A stretch of 64,000 nt of DNA from Octopus sinensis (GCF_006345805.1 NW_021833246.1:1-64000); one strand, 5' to 3'; positions 43,052 to 58,893 are shown, counted from the first letter of the stretch. Notes: generated from the letters alone by a model not told the origin. Made by a program: numbers and translations.

Positions 43052-43645
43052 CCTGATATAAGGATTTGGGATAGAGAAGAGAAACTGTGCACATGTGCAC
43101 AGTTGTAGAAATTAGCTGCCCAGCGGATGTTAACATAAACCTGGAGATTAGTAGAAAATAGAACATTTATGTTTAACTATTGAGAAATCTGCAGTTACTC
43201 TATCCAGATTACATGTTCAGGTTTATACCTGTAATTATTGGGGCCCTGGGATATGTAACACATTGCCTGAATACCAATCTTGAGAAATTTGGCTGCTCAA
43301 AAGCCGAAAGGAGAAAGCTAATTCGATGGATTGGCCCTTCAGATCCAATTCATCACTGGAACTGTAAAAATCTGTAAAACTTTCCAGAAGTTTATCATTT
43401 AAAAATATCTGAGTATGTCTATATGCATGAAAATACATACATAAAGCAAAACATACAAATTTGCATGTAAATGTATATGTATACATACATACATACATAC
43501 ATACATACATACATACACATATACACATACATACAAAATACCCTTTTACTGATGTTGAAATTTCGATGAAGGAGGCTTGGATCTATGTTAGAAACTGGTA
43601 CTTTATCTATTTGCAAGAAATCTTGAAATAAACGGAATATTAACA
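43052..43645 (+). mobile_element. 5'-truncated REL-type non-LTR retrotransposon 3' end in (TACA)n
   Basis: PDIRIWDREEKLC...VVEISCPAD...LLRNLQLLYP...FIPVIIGALG (PD..E/D..K REL motif). CATA repeats occur at both ends. Confidence 0.75.
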
Positions 43646-44654
43646 TACATACACACTTACAAAAGAACCACATACATGTACCACAATTATGTATACCACT
43701 CGAACAAATACATTAATCCTTCACTGACTGAATGCTTTACCGATTACACGGTACAAATACTCGTATTTTTTAACGTGGACCCTTCAGTAAGTAATAGCCA
43801 CTGAACTTTATTTCCCATCTCTTAAGTTATACTGCAGCTCTTTGTACGATCATGAATGTAAACTATAATATTAATTATATCGATCCCAGAATATTTATTA
43901 TTAGACAAGTGTTTTAACAAAGGATGCAATGATTGCAACATGTCCCTTCATTTTCCACGATACATACCTACATTGGATCTTCTACTGAATTGACTGATCT
44001 TGCGACAAAGGAAAAGGACAAAGCACATCATATATGATTGATCAATAATTATACGGTCCATATATTATTGATAATCTAATGAAAACTGAAACCCTTAAAT
44101 ATTTTGTGCCATATAATAGTACAAAAAAATTTATAGATTGAGTTTAATTTTAGCGGAATAATATACAACTTAGAATATTTATTTTTCATAAAATCATGCG
44201 ATCTTACATCAGTACAAAACGCATCAATTATTGGATTCAAAGAGCATTTGATGAAGTGCTAATTCCCCAATATTACGAATGATACCAAACGGTATTGGAT
44301 GCCATTCTCGTATCTCTCTTTCTTTCTCCCTCTGTGTATATAAATATATATATTCATATATACACACTCACAGGCACACACAAACACATACACACACATA
44401 CACATACGTGCACACGGCCGCGCGGACTTCTTAAACGCAAATATTTGCTATCGATTTAAATTGATATCGTGTATACCGAACATCAGTGTATATAGACATA
44501 TACCTTTATTTGTATTCATATATTTAATTTTCATATACATACATACATACATACATACATACATACTTATACAAATATATATATACTCACAAAAGAATAC
44601 ACACAACACATACACATACATGCATAAATACATACACACACACAAATATATATA

Positions 44655-45914
44655 TAGTGGGGTTGGACAAAATAATGGAAACACCACGCATAATAGCCTC
44701 ATAATTTTGTAAGTGTGTATAAAACCGTCAAAAGCTTGTTTATTTCTGTCTTTTATTTATTATTAGTTTTGCATAACATGTTTTGATAAAATTGCTGTTT
44801 CTTTTGAGATATCACCAGAAAAAAGGTACTTAAAATGCATTAAAATGACAGGTCTATCGGACTTTCAAAGAGGTCAGTTTGTTGGTGCTCATATTGCAGG
44901 TGCTAGTGTAACGAAAACAGCCGAAATGTTTGGTGTATCAAGACGTATTATCTTAAAAGTAATGACGGCCTTTGATAAAGAGGAGAAAACCTCCTGATAG
45001 AAACAAAACTCCGGAAGAAAACCAAAACTTTCAGATAGGGACCCTCGGACTCTTACATGAATTGTTAGAAACGATCACAAAAGTACAGCTCCGAAAATTA
45101 CTGCAGAGCTTAATGACCACCTCGGGAACACAGTTTCCATAAAAACTGTTCGCCGGGAGCTGCACAAAGTCGGATTTCACGGGCGGGCTGCAATCAGAAA
45201 TCCACTACTTTCAAAAACAAACGTTAAAAATCGTTTAGGGTGGAGTAAAAACCTGCAGAATTGATCCCTAGAGCGGAGGAAGAATGTTATTTTCTCGGAC
45301 ATAATCCTTTACCTTATATCTGACCACCAACCGAGTATATGTGTGTAGACAGCCAAAAGAGGAATTTGACCCAAAGTGCCTTCTTCCAACTCTTAAACAT
45401 GGAGGAGGATCTGTGACGATTTGGGTGGGGGCTATATCTTCGAAATCCGCCAGCCCAATGGTTTCATCTTATGGCAGAATTAATACTCAAGACTATTTAT
45501 CTGATCAAATTCATCCTATGATTGTGGAACCGTTTCCGGGGGGAAGCGCGATACTCTAGGATGATTATGCACCAATTCACACAGATAAAGTTCTTACCAA
45601 ATGACACGAGAAACATTCTAGTGAAGTTAAACATCTTATCTAGCCACCACATTTCCCAAATCTCAATATTATTGAACATATGTGGTGCATTTTAGAAAAA
45701 CAAATAAGAAGTCGATATCTTCCACCATTATCACTATAAGAATTGGAGACTGTTTTAGCTGAAGAATGGACAAAGATTCCTTTGGAAACAATTCAAACTT
45801 TGTCCATACCTCGTGGACTTCAAGGTGTAATTACCGCCAAAGTCGGTCCTACCCCATATTAAGATAATTATTTTTGAAATTTTAAGGTGTTTCAATTATT
45901 TTGTCCAGCCCCTG
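44655..45914 (+). mobile_element. Full-length Tc1-like DNA transposon (1.26 kb), inactive
   Basis: TIRs of ~30 bp (44655-44685 and 45886-45914), flanked by TA, enclose a transposase pseudogene. Confidence 0.95.
44845..45862 (+). pseudogene. Tc1-family transposase pseudogene (D..D36E)
   Basis: MTGLSDFQRGQFVGA...SGRKPKLS...VIFSD...KHGGGSVTIW...*DDYAPIH...*PPHFPNLNIIEHMW...GPTPY*. It has several stops and frameshifts. Confidence 0.9.
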
Positions 45915-45928
45915 TATATATATATATA

Positions 45929-46109
45929 CTTTATTTAAAGCAGCAGAAAATTCAACAAAACCTGTTACTCTGAGTTTCCCGTTGCCGTTCATCGGACAGT
46001 TTTTGCTATTCTAGCAAATTTTCTGCTGCTTTAAATAAAGCATGTTATTCTACCACTGGTATTTGAGTACTCTTTTTTCCACCTTGTTTCACATTTATGT
46101 GTTTACTCC

Positions 46110-46111
<2 letters not shown>
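45929..46111 (+). mobile_element. Fold-back element in (TA)n: 24-bp arms, hammerhead in the spacer, 70-bp tail
   Basis: Arms 45929-45952 and 46017-46040 are perfect inverted repeats. The element lies in the TA run just right of the Tc1 element. Confidence 0.75.
45957..46004 (-). ncRNA. Hammerhead ribozyme motif (C4 variant core)
   Basis: The minus strand reads AAAAACTGT-[CCGATGA]-ACG GCAA CGG-GAAA-CTCAGAG-TA-ACAGGTTTT. Stem I has 8 of 9 pairs, stem II is capped by GCAA, and stem III is quasi-palindromic. Confidence 0.65.
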
Positions 46112-46196
<85 letters not shown>

Positions 46197-46280
46197 GTTT
46201 GTGTGGTGTGTGTTTGTGTGTGTGTTTGTTTGTGAAACGATGTACATATTTTGTTAGGTATGCATGCATGTATATCTGTA

Positions 46281-46331
<51 letters not shown>

Positions 46332-46465
46332 GCATCAGTTGACCATGAATTTCAAGTGGGATTTGAGTTTGTATTCCACTCAACATAAATGAAAAAGGCA
46401 AAGAATCACACACTCACGCAAACAAAAATTCATATATATGCAATTATGTATATAAACACACACAG

Positions 46466-46505
<40 letters not shown>

Positions 46506-46816
46506 TCAAACGCGCACTCACAAACGCGCCCCCCCCCCACACGCTCATGCACAAACATATTATTTTAATATATTTACGTTTGCAGTGTGCACATTTTATA
46601 TTTTTAAAGTTAGATCGAGTTGAGATGTTATTAAACGTAGCAACTTTATAAAATGTTTTATGGAGACGGGTAATCTTTATTGCTGTAACTTTCCGTAAAC
46701 ATTGCTATTATATACACTAAGATAGTGTGTGAAATCATATTTCCGCATGCGTAATCAAACGGCATCAGATGTGTTTATACATACATACAAAATTCTTAGA
46801 TACATAATACATATTT

Positions 46817-46975
46817 ACATATATACATGCACACATGATATACATATATACATGCACACATGATATACATATATACATGCACACATGATATACATGTGTG
46901 CACGCATGATATACATATATACATGCACACATGATATACATATATACATGCACACATGATATACATATATACATG
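46817..46975. repeat. 25-bp minisatellite, ~6 copies (ACATATATACATGCACACATGATAT)
   Basis: CATGCACACA recurs with period 25 (46826, 46851, ...). Confidence 0.9.
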
Positions 46976-47114
46976 TAAGTTGATATATGTACATATGTAT
47001 TTGTACGCATGTGTATCTGTAGATATCTAATTATAAATCCAAATACATATTACACCCATGAATATGTAAGTGTTTGAGTTTGCGTGTCTATGCTTGTCTG
47101 TGTGTATGCGTGTT

Positions 47115-47149
<35 letters not shown>

Positions 47150-47789
47150 CTCCTTTGCAAAAAAAAAAATACTGCCAATATATACGGGCTTATCAGTATC
47201 AAATTATATTTTTCCATGTCATCCACTATGTGTGTATAAACAATTTCCATCATATATTGAATACTTGTTACAAATATTGCTCAATTTATCAGGGATTTTC
47301 CAAGCTTTTGCCATCGTAAATCTGTCGGTAGTTTATTGATATTAAGTGTAAATATTGTATAAAGCTTCTTGAGCCCTTTTAAGGGCTAACAAACTAAACG
47401 TATCCTTCAATCCCCACACTTATTCCTCGAAAATGTAAGGGTGCCTATGGTAAATTGCAGTTACAGATACCCCACGCATTAAACGCAGATTTATATTGTT
47501 AAGAACAAAACGGTTTACATCCACACTTTGTATCTTAACTTTTAAACAGAGTACATCAGGAAATGATGTTTCCAAAATGTCATGTGGATTCGGCCATCGT
47601 CGCAGGAATCTGCATATTTTCCGGCATTTTTTGATTGTGAGATTAGGCGGCACACGGATAATTATAATAGTTTTTATTACTTTTATACTGAGAAAAGTAC
47701 GCATGAATATTACTCTTAAGTAAAAAAGATTTTTTTTCTTTATTTTGACGATTGTAACATAAATTCATGCAAACAGCTCTGGCGGTTTA

Positions 47790-48065
47790 AACCAGCACTC
47801 CGCCGATTACGACGACAAAGGTTCCTGTTGATCCTATCAAGGGAACAGCCTGCTCGTGAAATTAACGTGCAAATGTTTGAGCATACCACAGACACACGCG
47901 TACCCTTAGCGTATTTCTGAGGGAGATTCAAAGAGATGCCAAATGCGATACGACTGGCCCTTTGGAGTACAGGTATTCTCACTTTAGCCACCTGAGTAGA
48001 TTAGAGCAACGTGTAATTAAATGTCTTGCTGAATGACACACTCCAACGCCATGAATCGAACTCAC
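47790..48065 (-). mobile_element. SINE family C
   Basis: Homologous to 56305-56635. Confidence 0.8.
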
Positions 48066-48393
48066 ATTTCTCACAAGCATTTGTGCAAATCGTTGACGCA
48101 TTATAAAGGTTAAAAGAAAAGATTTGCGTTGGTTAGTAATTATTCTACACAGGTTTCCTCCACACTTTGTACTCTGGTTGTCACTGATGGACAGCACAAA
48201 ATAAAAACATTCTGCTCCCTAATGGACACAGCATAATCCAAAAATGCATGATGTTGCCCTTGTTAAAATATATCTTAATTAAAGTGTCTGAAACATAATG
48301 TAAATTCTTACACACACAGACACACGCAGCTTTGTAATTTATGCTCATATATACTATATATGTATGTGTCTGTATGTGTTATATATATATATA

Positions 48394-48474
<81 letters not shown>

Positions 48475-48500
48475 TATATATATATACATATATATATATA

Positions 48501-48770
48501 TTACTTTATATAATTAGGGTTCAGCACCGAACTTTTAGAAATAGCAGCCAAAGAATTTAGCTATTTCCTCTAATATAAGAAGAGTAAATAGCTAAATTCT
48601 TTGGCTGCTATTTCTAAAAGTTCGGTGTGTGGTAAAGCAAATTTTTTTGCTGAACCCTAATTATATAAAGTAATGTTTAAATTTACCGTAAATGGTCCTT
48701 TTACATACTGAACACTACGTGGTAAAATTATTAATTACTAGTTAATTAATTAATTTTACCCTTATTATTA
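48501..48770 (+). mobile_element. Fold-back element in (TA)n with a deletion in the left arm and a tail ending ACCCTTATTA
   Basis: 48501-48566 pairs with 48586-48673, except ~20 nt present only in the right arm. The tail includes a second hairpin (GGTAAAATTA...TAATTTTACC, 48721-48760). Confidence 0.75.
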
Positions 48771-48944
48771 TTGACTATATATATATATATGTTTCATTGC
48801 AGATATACGCGTATTATAAACTGAGGCAAATATACATTAAGTCCTTTTTTTAAAAATAAAACACTAACAAGTGGAATGCATATACTAAACAAGATTCACA
48901 ACTACGAAACAGAAGTCAATGCATTCCATATTCAGTATGTCTCT

Positions 48945-50700
<1,756 letters not shown>

Positions 50701-53289
50701 AGCTCTCTGTCTGTCAATGCGTATGTATGTGTGTATTTATATATGTGTGTATGTATACCCGCACACACATATATACATCTGTAATGCTTCTTTGCAACAG
50801 AGCGAATAAGAAGCGAGACATACCAAACTGATTTTATTCGTTTTAATAACATTTTATATTCCAAGTAGAGCATTAATCACTGTAATAGAATAATCTAAGA
50901 TGTCACTGTTACAGAAGCATTAAATTAATTGACTAGTTTCGAAGGAAAAATAATGTCTTTCTTTACTGTGTCTCTGCTTTCTGTAGCATTGTCATAACTA
51001 GTGAAATCTCGTATTCCATTGTCTAATGGAAAGTTACGACATAGTGGTCAGTGGCATGGTATTGTCGTTTGGTTAACGGAGAGCTCGAGAGCTTGGTCGC
51101 GAGTGGAACTTCACTGATCTGGAGATCATTGTAAAGTGCGTGACCTACGGGTTAATGTATGGGTGCGATGTATGAGTTAGAGGAAGTGTTGAGTCTTAGC
51201 TGCGGTCAAACTGTAGTTATGTCGTATTTCTGATTACATTGTGGGGCGGCATTTTATATTATCGACCAAAAAATCCTTATTTCACGCCGCTCCACTATAT
51301 TCAGCTGAATATGAGAACCAGCAACATCTGTAGCGTCATGCCGCACCGGAATGAAATGTGTAGCATTGTAGTCTTTGGAATAGATATTCTTACAGTAAAT
51401 AATTGTAGTCTTTCTAATAGATATTCTATACAGTAAATAATACTGACTTCCTAGTGAGTTCACTTAGCAATGAACAAACTAATGGGTGAACACACCTTAC
51501 TATTGTTGATCAAATTTGCAAATTGATCAATATGGTACTCCCATCGTACTTTCTCTCTAGTTAGACTAAACCTTTCTACATTTCTACACACGATAACCGA
51601 CAGACTGTACTGCTTCCATACCAGGTGTTTTGTACAAAGTGAAAGTCACCAACTGAAAAGGACAGAACAGTTATTTACACAACTAAACTTTACAATATTT
51701 CGCAAATTATTAAGCCTAAAATTATGCAATTTTTGACACAACATCAGTAATTTTCAGAGGAGTGCATAACTCCTTTACACCGTTACCAAGAATTTGACCG
51801 ATAATTAGTATTATCGATCCTGCCATAAAGAAGGCCAAATCTGATTTCCATGAAATTTGAACTCAAAATAATGCAGCGGAATATATTCACCAAAGCCAAT
51901 TTCCCTGAAGCTATTAACGCATTGCCTTTCAAAGCGATCACAGGAAAAAAGAATATCAAACTTCAAGCTATGGCAGCGACCCAAAATATAGTATATTTTT
52001 CATACATATTATAAAGTTGTAACGGGGTAAACGATAAAACTCATGTATGTGTGTGTTTGTGTATATGTATGTGTGTATCTTTGCATGTTTGTGTACATGT
52101 CTATACATACATATACGCGTGCACCACGTATACAAATGTATGTACATACATACATTCATATATACATACATACATATGTACATACATACATACATACATC
52201 ACCTTGGTTTGGTTTTGGAGAAGGAATACCTAGAAGGTCGGGTCAATATTTGTGTCATAATTGGTATTTTGTTGTCAATATCTGACATTACCCTGACATT
52301 ACCATTCTCCGAATGAAGAGCTGACTTCACCAGTACGGATATCTATGTAGATATCGAGTTAGTCCATGCATTTATATACACACACACATTATATATATAT
52401 ATATATGTGTACGTGTGTGTATGTGTGTATGTGTGTGTGTGTTTGTGTGTGTGTGTATGTAAATATATATATATATATATATACATAGAGGTAATAGGAT
52501 GAGAATGGAGAGGGAGAGAAAAACAGACAGAGAGTGCAGAGTAACAATTCTCTGACGATTAATGGCGGAATGTGGTAGAATTTCATAGCAACTAAGGTGG
52601 TTTCCTTCTTGTAATTGCCAGTACAAATTACACTGATAAACTGATTGAATATGTGAACTTAGGTTAATATATTTATCGTTGACATAAGAAACACTTTATA
52701 CATCTATTCGTATTCTACCTGTGTATATACTTACATCCACACACACACACAAACACACACGTACACACACAGACACACACACATATATATATATATATGT
52801 ATATATGCATGTATATACTCAATGAAAAGAAAAAGATAAAGAAAATTCTTCAACACATTTTTAATAAGTTACACATCGTTCTGTACCATCTCCATTGGCA
52901 AAGCCAGTTTACGTGAAAATTCTAAAAGAAAAAAATTACGTAATATTTGCTGTTTTAGGTATTGGAGAGGCATGACCTCAGACTTGTATCAATTTTTTTC
53001 CTCTTAACCCCCCCCCCAAAAAAAAGAAACACACATATACACACACCGTATTCATTTCTTCGAACGCGAGGGATTCTCATACTCAAAAAGTATGGTAGGT
53101 GATACTGTAATAATTCATTGCACATGCTTTATAATCACCATAATAATTCATTTTGTGTTAATCTTGGATTTCGTAATTTACGGGGTCGGAAACATAGGAA
53201 CCAGTTAAACAGTGGATCAGGTTACTCTACATCGTTACACTCACACACACTATTCTCACATACACACACACGCGATTGCGCACCTTAGG

Positions 53290-53541
53290 TTCCGTCTGAT
53301 CCACCCCTTTTATCTTCCTTTCATTCAGCCTCTTTCTTCCAGCCGTTTCATGTTGAACCGTTAAACCCTACACATTGTTTTTTTTATATTTCTCCGTTTT
53401 TATTTTTTCATTCTCTATCCGTTTTATTTTTTCTTAAAACTTTCTGTTGAAGAGCCTAAGCTCGAAACGTCAAACACTTTTCCACACTTCCCGAGTGTTT
53501 CTTCACAGGTCTTCGTCTTTTGTTTCTGTAAATATGTAAAC
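53290..53541 (+). mobile_element. Putative Penelope-type pLTR fragment with hammerhead-like motif at 53440-53475
   Basis: CTTT-[CTGTTGA]A-GAGC ctaa GCTC-GAAA-CG-TC-AAAC. Homologous to the 6704-6866 copy. Boundaries are approximate. Confidence 0.5.
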
Positions 53542-53575
53542 TTGCGCGCGGTGTGTTGTGTGCATAAATTATATA

Positions 53576-53620
<45 letters not shown>

Positions 53621-54146
53621 TTATAAAGAAATTATCAATCATATGTATAATTATATGATTAATAATTTGTTTATTGAGAGCCATTTCCACAGAATAAAGT
53701 CATCATCGTTTATATAATTACTTAATTGAGATACGTAGTTCAACAGAGTATGTGCGGAGTTATATGTGTGTTTGTGTGGGCGAATATGCGTGTGTGTACA
53801 TGTGTGTGTGTGTATTTATGTAAGCTATTGATTCTAAAGTCATTAATCTAGATGAATACAAATGACATTCGCGGTCTGCAGATTCAGTTTTTAATGTTTA
53901 GTGCTTTCATTATTGCATGCCAAACATATGTATACATTCATTTTTACTTGTAAATTATTTCAATCATATTTTGCCGGCGTTTTAAAACGGCATTATCCTG
54001 AGTTAAATAGCAGGATTCACCCAATCTATATACACCGATAATAAAACCCGTATACATAAATACATATACACATATGCATACACACACATACTTATATATA
54101 TATATATATATATATGTAGCTATACACACTCACACACGCACACACA

Positions 54147-54220
<74 letters not shown>

Positions 54221-55445
54221 ATGTATATGCACACACCTGTATATTCATGAATCTACGTCTCTCTCCATCCTTCTATAAGTCAATATCTCTTACCTGTATA
54301 TCTATCTAATCTATCTATCTATCTATGTATTTATACATTTACCTATGTATACATCCAGCTATCTATTTATGTATCCACCCATCTATCTATACATATCTAT
54401 CCATCTATCTATCTGTATGTATATATGTATATATAAACATACACATACCTGCATGTATCTAATGTATATTATGCAATATGTGTGCATTTGCTTATATATA
54501 TATATATTATATATATATGCATTTATGTGTGTGTGTGTATATGTGCGTGCGTGTGTGTGTGTTTCCACGCATATCTTGTATCTCATTGAATATTGAATAT
54601 AAAAATATGGCTATGAAATAAATCAATATTTGCGTTATCGATCCTTCTTTCGAAGCCCCAACTCCCTATACACTATGTGACTTCAGTCGAGAATGCGGGA
54701 AGCAGCGAACCAGATACCTTACAGAAGCTGGATATTAACTTCCTATACATAGCAGAATCTTCCCCAAACTCTGCAATTCGATTTACTATAATGACACCTT
54801 AATAGAAATATATGTTTCGTTATCACGGATGAATAGATGGAATTTATTAGAAGATCCATTTTATTTATATATATTTATATATTCTATTTATTTCTTTAGC
54901 CTCTCTCTTATTCTCTCCATCCTATAAATGTCAGCTGAGCTGAATACTGCTTACGTGATCGCAGTTTGTTTTTGTTGTTTTTTTTTCTCTTATTTTTTTT
55001 TTTTACAGGGAAGCATCGATATATCGGCAATAGTTTCCATGTTTCTGCTGCTGTGGCATCACAGCTGTTTGTAGGAGAAGAAAATGGAGAAAAAAAGAAA
55101 GAAAAGAAAACCAAAAAAAAAAGAAAAAACGAAAGAAGAAACCAGCGCAAACTGTAAAGCAGCAATGAGAGGTTGTTACACTAATTCATTCGTGGCATGA
55201 GGTCAAGCACATTTTCTCTTCCTCGTCCCAACTCTCCACCCCATTCCAGCCACCAAAATTACATCGGTAAACCTATGAATGTCACAATAATCAATTTACG
55301 TATTATTTGCTAAAAGAATATCAAATATGACCTTTGACCTTTGAACTGTCTAAAAGCAGCAAAGAGGAAACAAAAAGCAAAAAACACAAAATATTGAAAA
55401 ATCACAAATACGCTACTGTTTTAAAATGCTGATAATAATAATAGC

Positions 55446-55501
<56 letters not shown>

Positions 55502-55639
55502 TAATAATAATAACAATAATAATAATAATAATAATAACAATAATAATAATAACAATAATAATAATAACAATAATAATAACAATAATAATAATAACAATAA
55601 TAACAATAATAATAATAATAGCAATAATAATAATAATAA

Positions 55640-55985
55640 TGGTCTCAAATTTCGGCAGAAGACCAATGGTGCTAGCGGGAGAAGTACCAGTTCATATTCA
55701 ACTAGCCTTTAATCTTGCCGATCCGAAAAGGATAAAAGGCACAAATGACCTTGGTGCCATTTCAGCTCAGAACTTGAGGAATCGCCGGAATAAATACCGC
55801 GAAGCATTTTGTCCGACGCGTTAAAGATTCTTCGACGTTGTCGCGGTAATAGTAAAAAAAAAAAAAAATAATAATAATAATCTTTTTGGCTTAGGGCCAG
55901 AAATTGGAAGGGGAAGTAGAAGCCGATTACATCGTCACCAAATGGATGAAAGGTGGCGTCGACCTCGGTGTCGTTTGAACTTAGA
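55640..55985 (-). mobile_element. Two diverged SINE family A copies
   Basis: CCGAAAAGGATAAAAGGCAC...CTCAGAAC and GGATGAAAGG...GTCGACCTCGG...TTTGAAC. Confidence 0.7.
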
Positions 55986-56304
55986 CATTATCGCCGTTTG
56001 TATCATTTGTACGATTCTGACAACTACTTGTCAATAAGAACGATAATAACAAGAGATGTATAGATCAACAAAAACATTGAAAGAGCAAGATCAACTGAAT
56101 TATGTTGTTTCTCTCGTTATCGCTTAATCCCAGGTCAGACCTGAACAACACAATATCTATAATCAATACCATTTCATTCGTAAGCATACCTAATTTATTT
56201 ATTTTATTGTTTTTGTTCTTGCATGCAAAGACATAATGCATATTGGTCTCCAACGAGGCAGAGTAAAATCTGAGGTAGATATAGCTGCTATTTCGCGCGT
56301 ATAT

Positions 56305-56635
56305 TTAAAAAAAAGACTCCGCCGGTTACGACGACGAGGGTCCCAGCTGATACGATCAACGGAACAGCTTGCTCGTGAAATTAACGTGCAAATGGCTGAG
56401 CATTCCACAGACACGTGTACCCTTAACGTAGTTCTCGGGGATAATCAGCGTGACACAGAGAGTGACAAGGCTGACCCTTTGAAATACAAGTACAACTCAT
56501 TTTTGCCAGCTGAGTGGACTGGAGCAACGTGAAATAAAGTGTCTTGCTCAAGGACACAACGCGTCGCCGGGAATCGAACTCACAACCTTACGATCATGAG
56601 CCGAATGCCCTAACCACTAAGCCACGCGCCCTCAC
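56305..56635 (-). mobile_element. tRNA-derived CORE-like SINE, family C, full length with 12-bp TSD
   Basis: TGGCTTAGTGG and GAGTTCGATTCC boxes, GTGTCCTTGAGCAAGACACTT core. TSD TCGCGCGTATAT at 56293-56304 and 56636-56647. Confidence 0.9.
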
Positions 56636-56739
56636 TCGCGCGTATATATTAGCGTTTTAAATGCCCAGTCAATCAGACTATGGCTCAAAATTTTAGACTT
56701 TGAGCCTACGTGAGAAAAGATTATTGTATTGGTGGAGCT

Positions 56740-57390
56740 ACAGGTAAGCTTTTGCTGTCAGGCGGACGCAATCTTTCAGTGTCCTGTCATTGCTGATTTG
56801 TGGGGTTATGTTGAACAGCTACTGTCACGTGTGAGACAGATCCGTCTATCGGTCGAGTCCATCATGATGATAGCCCCGCCAACCTCCTATTATCGGGCAA
56901 GCAAGTCAGTTTTCCTTTGTGAGGTGGCCATTGTGAAAGAGTTCGTTTGATGGACGAGGCTGAAAGACCTGAATACAGATACAGTGTTTTGTGGTAGAGG
57001 CCCCATCAACTTTTTCAAGTTTTACTTGAAAAGGAAATTCAGGGTGGAAATTAAGAGTTGTCCTTGAGTGAGTTTATTGAAAGGTGGGTGAAAGTTGCGA
57101 AAATGGCAAGAATGCATGTTACCCCTCTCACTGAAGACCTATTAGTCGGAAGAAGAGAATTGGAGAGGGAAATTGCTATTGGTGTTCAGAAAGATCTGGG
57201 ACCGTGGGTTTCCTTGATAATCCCTAAAAGTGACTACCATTCTCGTTCCGTTTTTTTTCTTTACCTTTGTAGACTATGTATATTTCCCCTACTTTTCAAT
57301 ATATACCCCGCACACATACTCCTTATAATTATTTTCCCATTTCATTATATGTAAACCCATAGACTTTTTGTCTGACTTTGTATTGACCCT
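56740..57390 (+). mobile_element. Second, diverged Tx1/L1-like 3' fragment
   Basis: AIFQCPVIADLWGYVEQLLSRV..IRLSVESI, clearly homologous to 49330-49680. Confidence 0.7.
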
Positions 57391-57599
57391 CGCATCCTTC
57401 AACCCGGCGGCAAAAATTTGACATCATCATGATCATCATCATCATCATCCTTGTTATTATTAATAATGCTGTCATAAATATTTGTCATCATCATCATCAT
57501 CATCATCATCATCGTCACCATCTACCTTATTATTATTGATAATGCTGTCACAAATATTTGTTGTGAGAGCAGCCTAAGCGACAAAAGGAGCAGTGCTAG

Positions 57600-57660
57600 C
57601 GGCAGCAACAGCATAAGCAGCAGAAGCAGTAGTAGTAGTGGTAGCAGTAGCAGCAGCAGC

Positions 57661-57692
<32 letters not shown>

Positions 57693-57942
57693 GTAGTAGT
57701 AGTAGTAGCAGCAGCAGCAGCACCAGTTATATTCTTAGTTGCAGTAAAAGCAATGGTGACAGTAGTAGCAGAAACAGCAACAGCCGCAACTGTGGCAGCA
57801 GAAATAGCAGCAGCGGTGGCAGCAGCAGCAGCAAAAGCAGCAGCAGTGGTAGCAGCAGCAGCGGTGGCAGCAGCAGCAGTGACAGCAGCAGCAGCAGCAC
57901 AGCAGTAGTAGTAGTAGTATTAGCAGTAGTAGTAGTAGTAGT
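57600..57942. repeat. (AGT)/(AGC)n compound microsatellite
   Basis: Read directly from the sequence. Confidence 0.9.
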
Positions 57943-58514
57943 CATACATTCGCACGTTTTATGCAATTCAAAGCCAGTGGCCTGGACCAAGAGAAGGGAA
58001 GCGAATGGTACGGAAGAAGCACTTGCGTAAGGAACGCCTTTCATGTCTATTATCTACAAGCTGAGCTCACTCAAACATGCCTTATTACATTATTATATTT
58101 TTATTCTACATTTTTTTTTTTTTTGGTCATCATTATCACCGTTAGCATCGTTGTTGTTGCTGTTCTTGATTTTCACCATATTCTTATAAAATATCGATTT
58201 TGAAAAATGTATTATATAAGGCGAAGAATGGTTTGTGAAATATCTAGACATGTGAAAAGGCGTAGGGGGGGTTGTGTTTATTGGACAATGAAATGTAAAC
58301 CGACTCGAAATAGAGATTTAATTAGTTATTAAAAGGTTAAAAGAAATTCATAGCATACGTGACGGAGACAGTAGAAGAATCGACATTGCATGAAATACAA
58401 CGATTATATACTCGAAGAGTCAGGTACATATATATCAGAAGAGGTATTTTTAGGTGTTTCTTAAATAAACATTAATAAAATGTGTGTATGTGTGTGTGTG
58501 TGTGTGTTGCATGC

Positions 58515-58612
<98 letters not shown>

Positions 58613-58821
58613 GTCTATCTATCTATCTATATATCTATCTGTCTGTCTATCTATCTATGTATATATCTATCTATCTATCTATATCTATCCATCTATCTAT
58701 CTATCTATCTATCTATACATACATACATACATACATACATACAAGCAATTACACCACATAGATACACGCCGACGTACACATATTTATACATATTAGATGG
58801 ACATATACCCTTACGTACTTA

Positions 58822-58880
<59 letters not shown>

Positions 58881-58893
58881 GTCTGTGTGTATC

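Noticed and set aside
46817-46975. CRISPR-like regular repeat
   Set aside because: It has no unique spacers, is a simple minisatellite, and lies in eukaryotic DNA.
55009-55074. Plus-strand terminal exon GSIDISAIVSMFLLLWHHSCL* after TTTTACAG
   Set aside because: I found no upstream plus-strand exons, and the opposite strand has both an acceptor and a donor. It cannot be resolved without RNA data.
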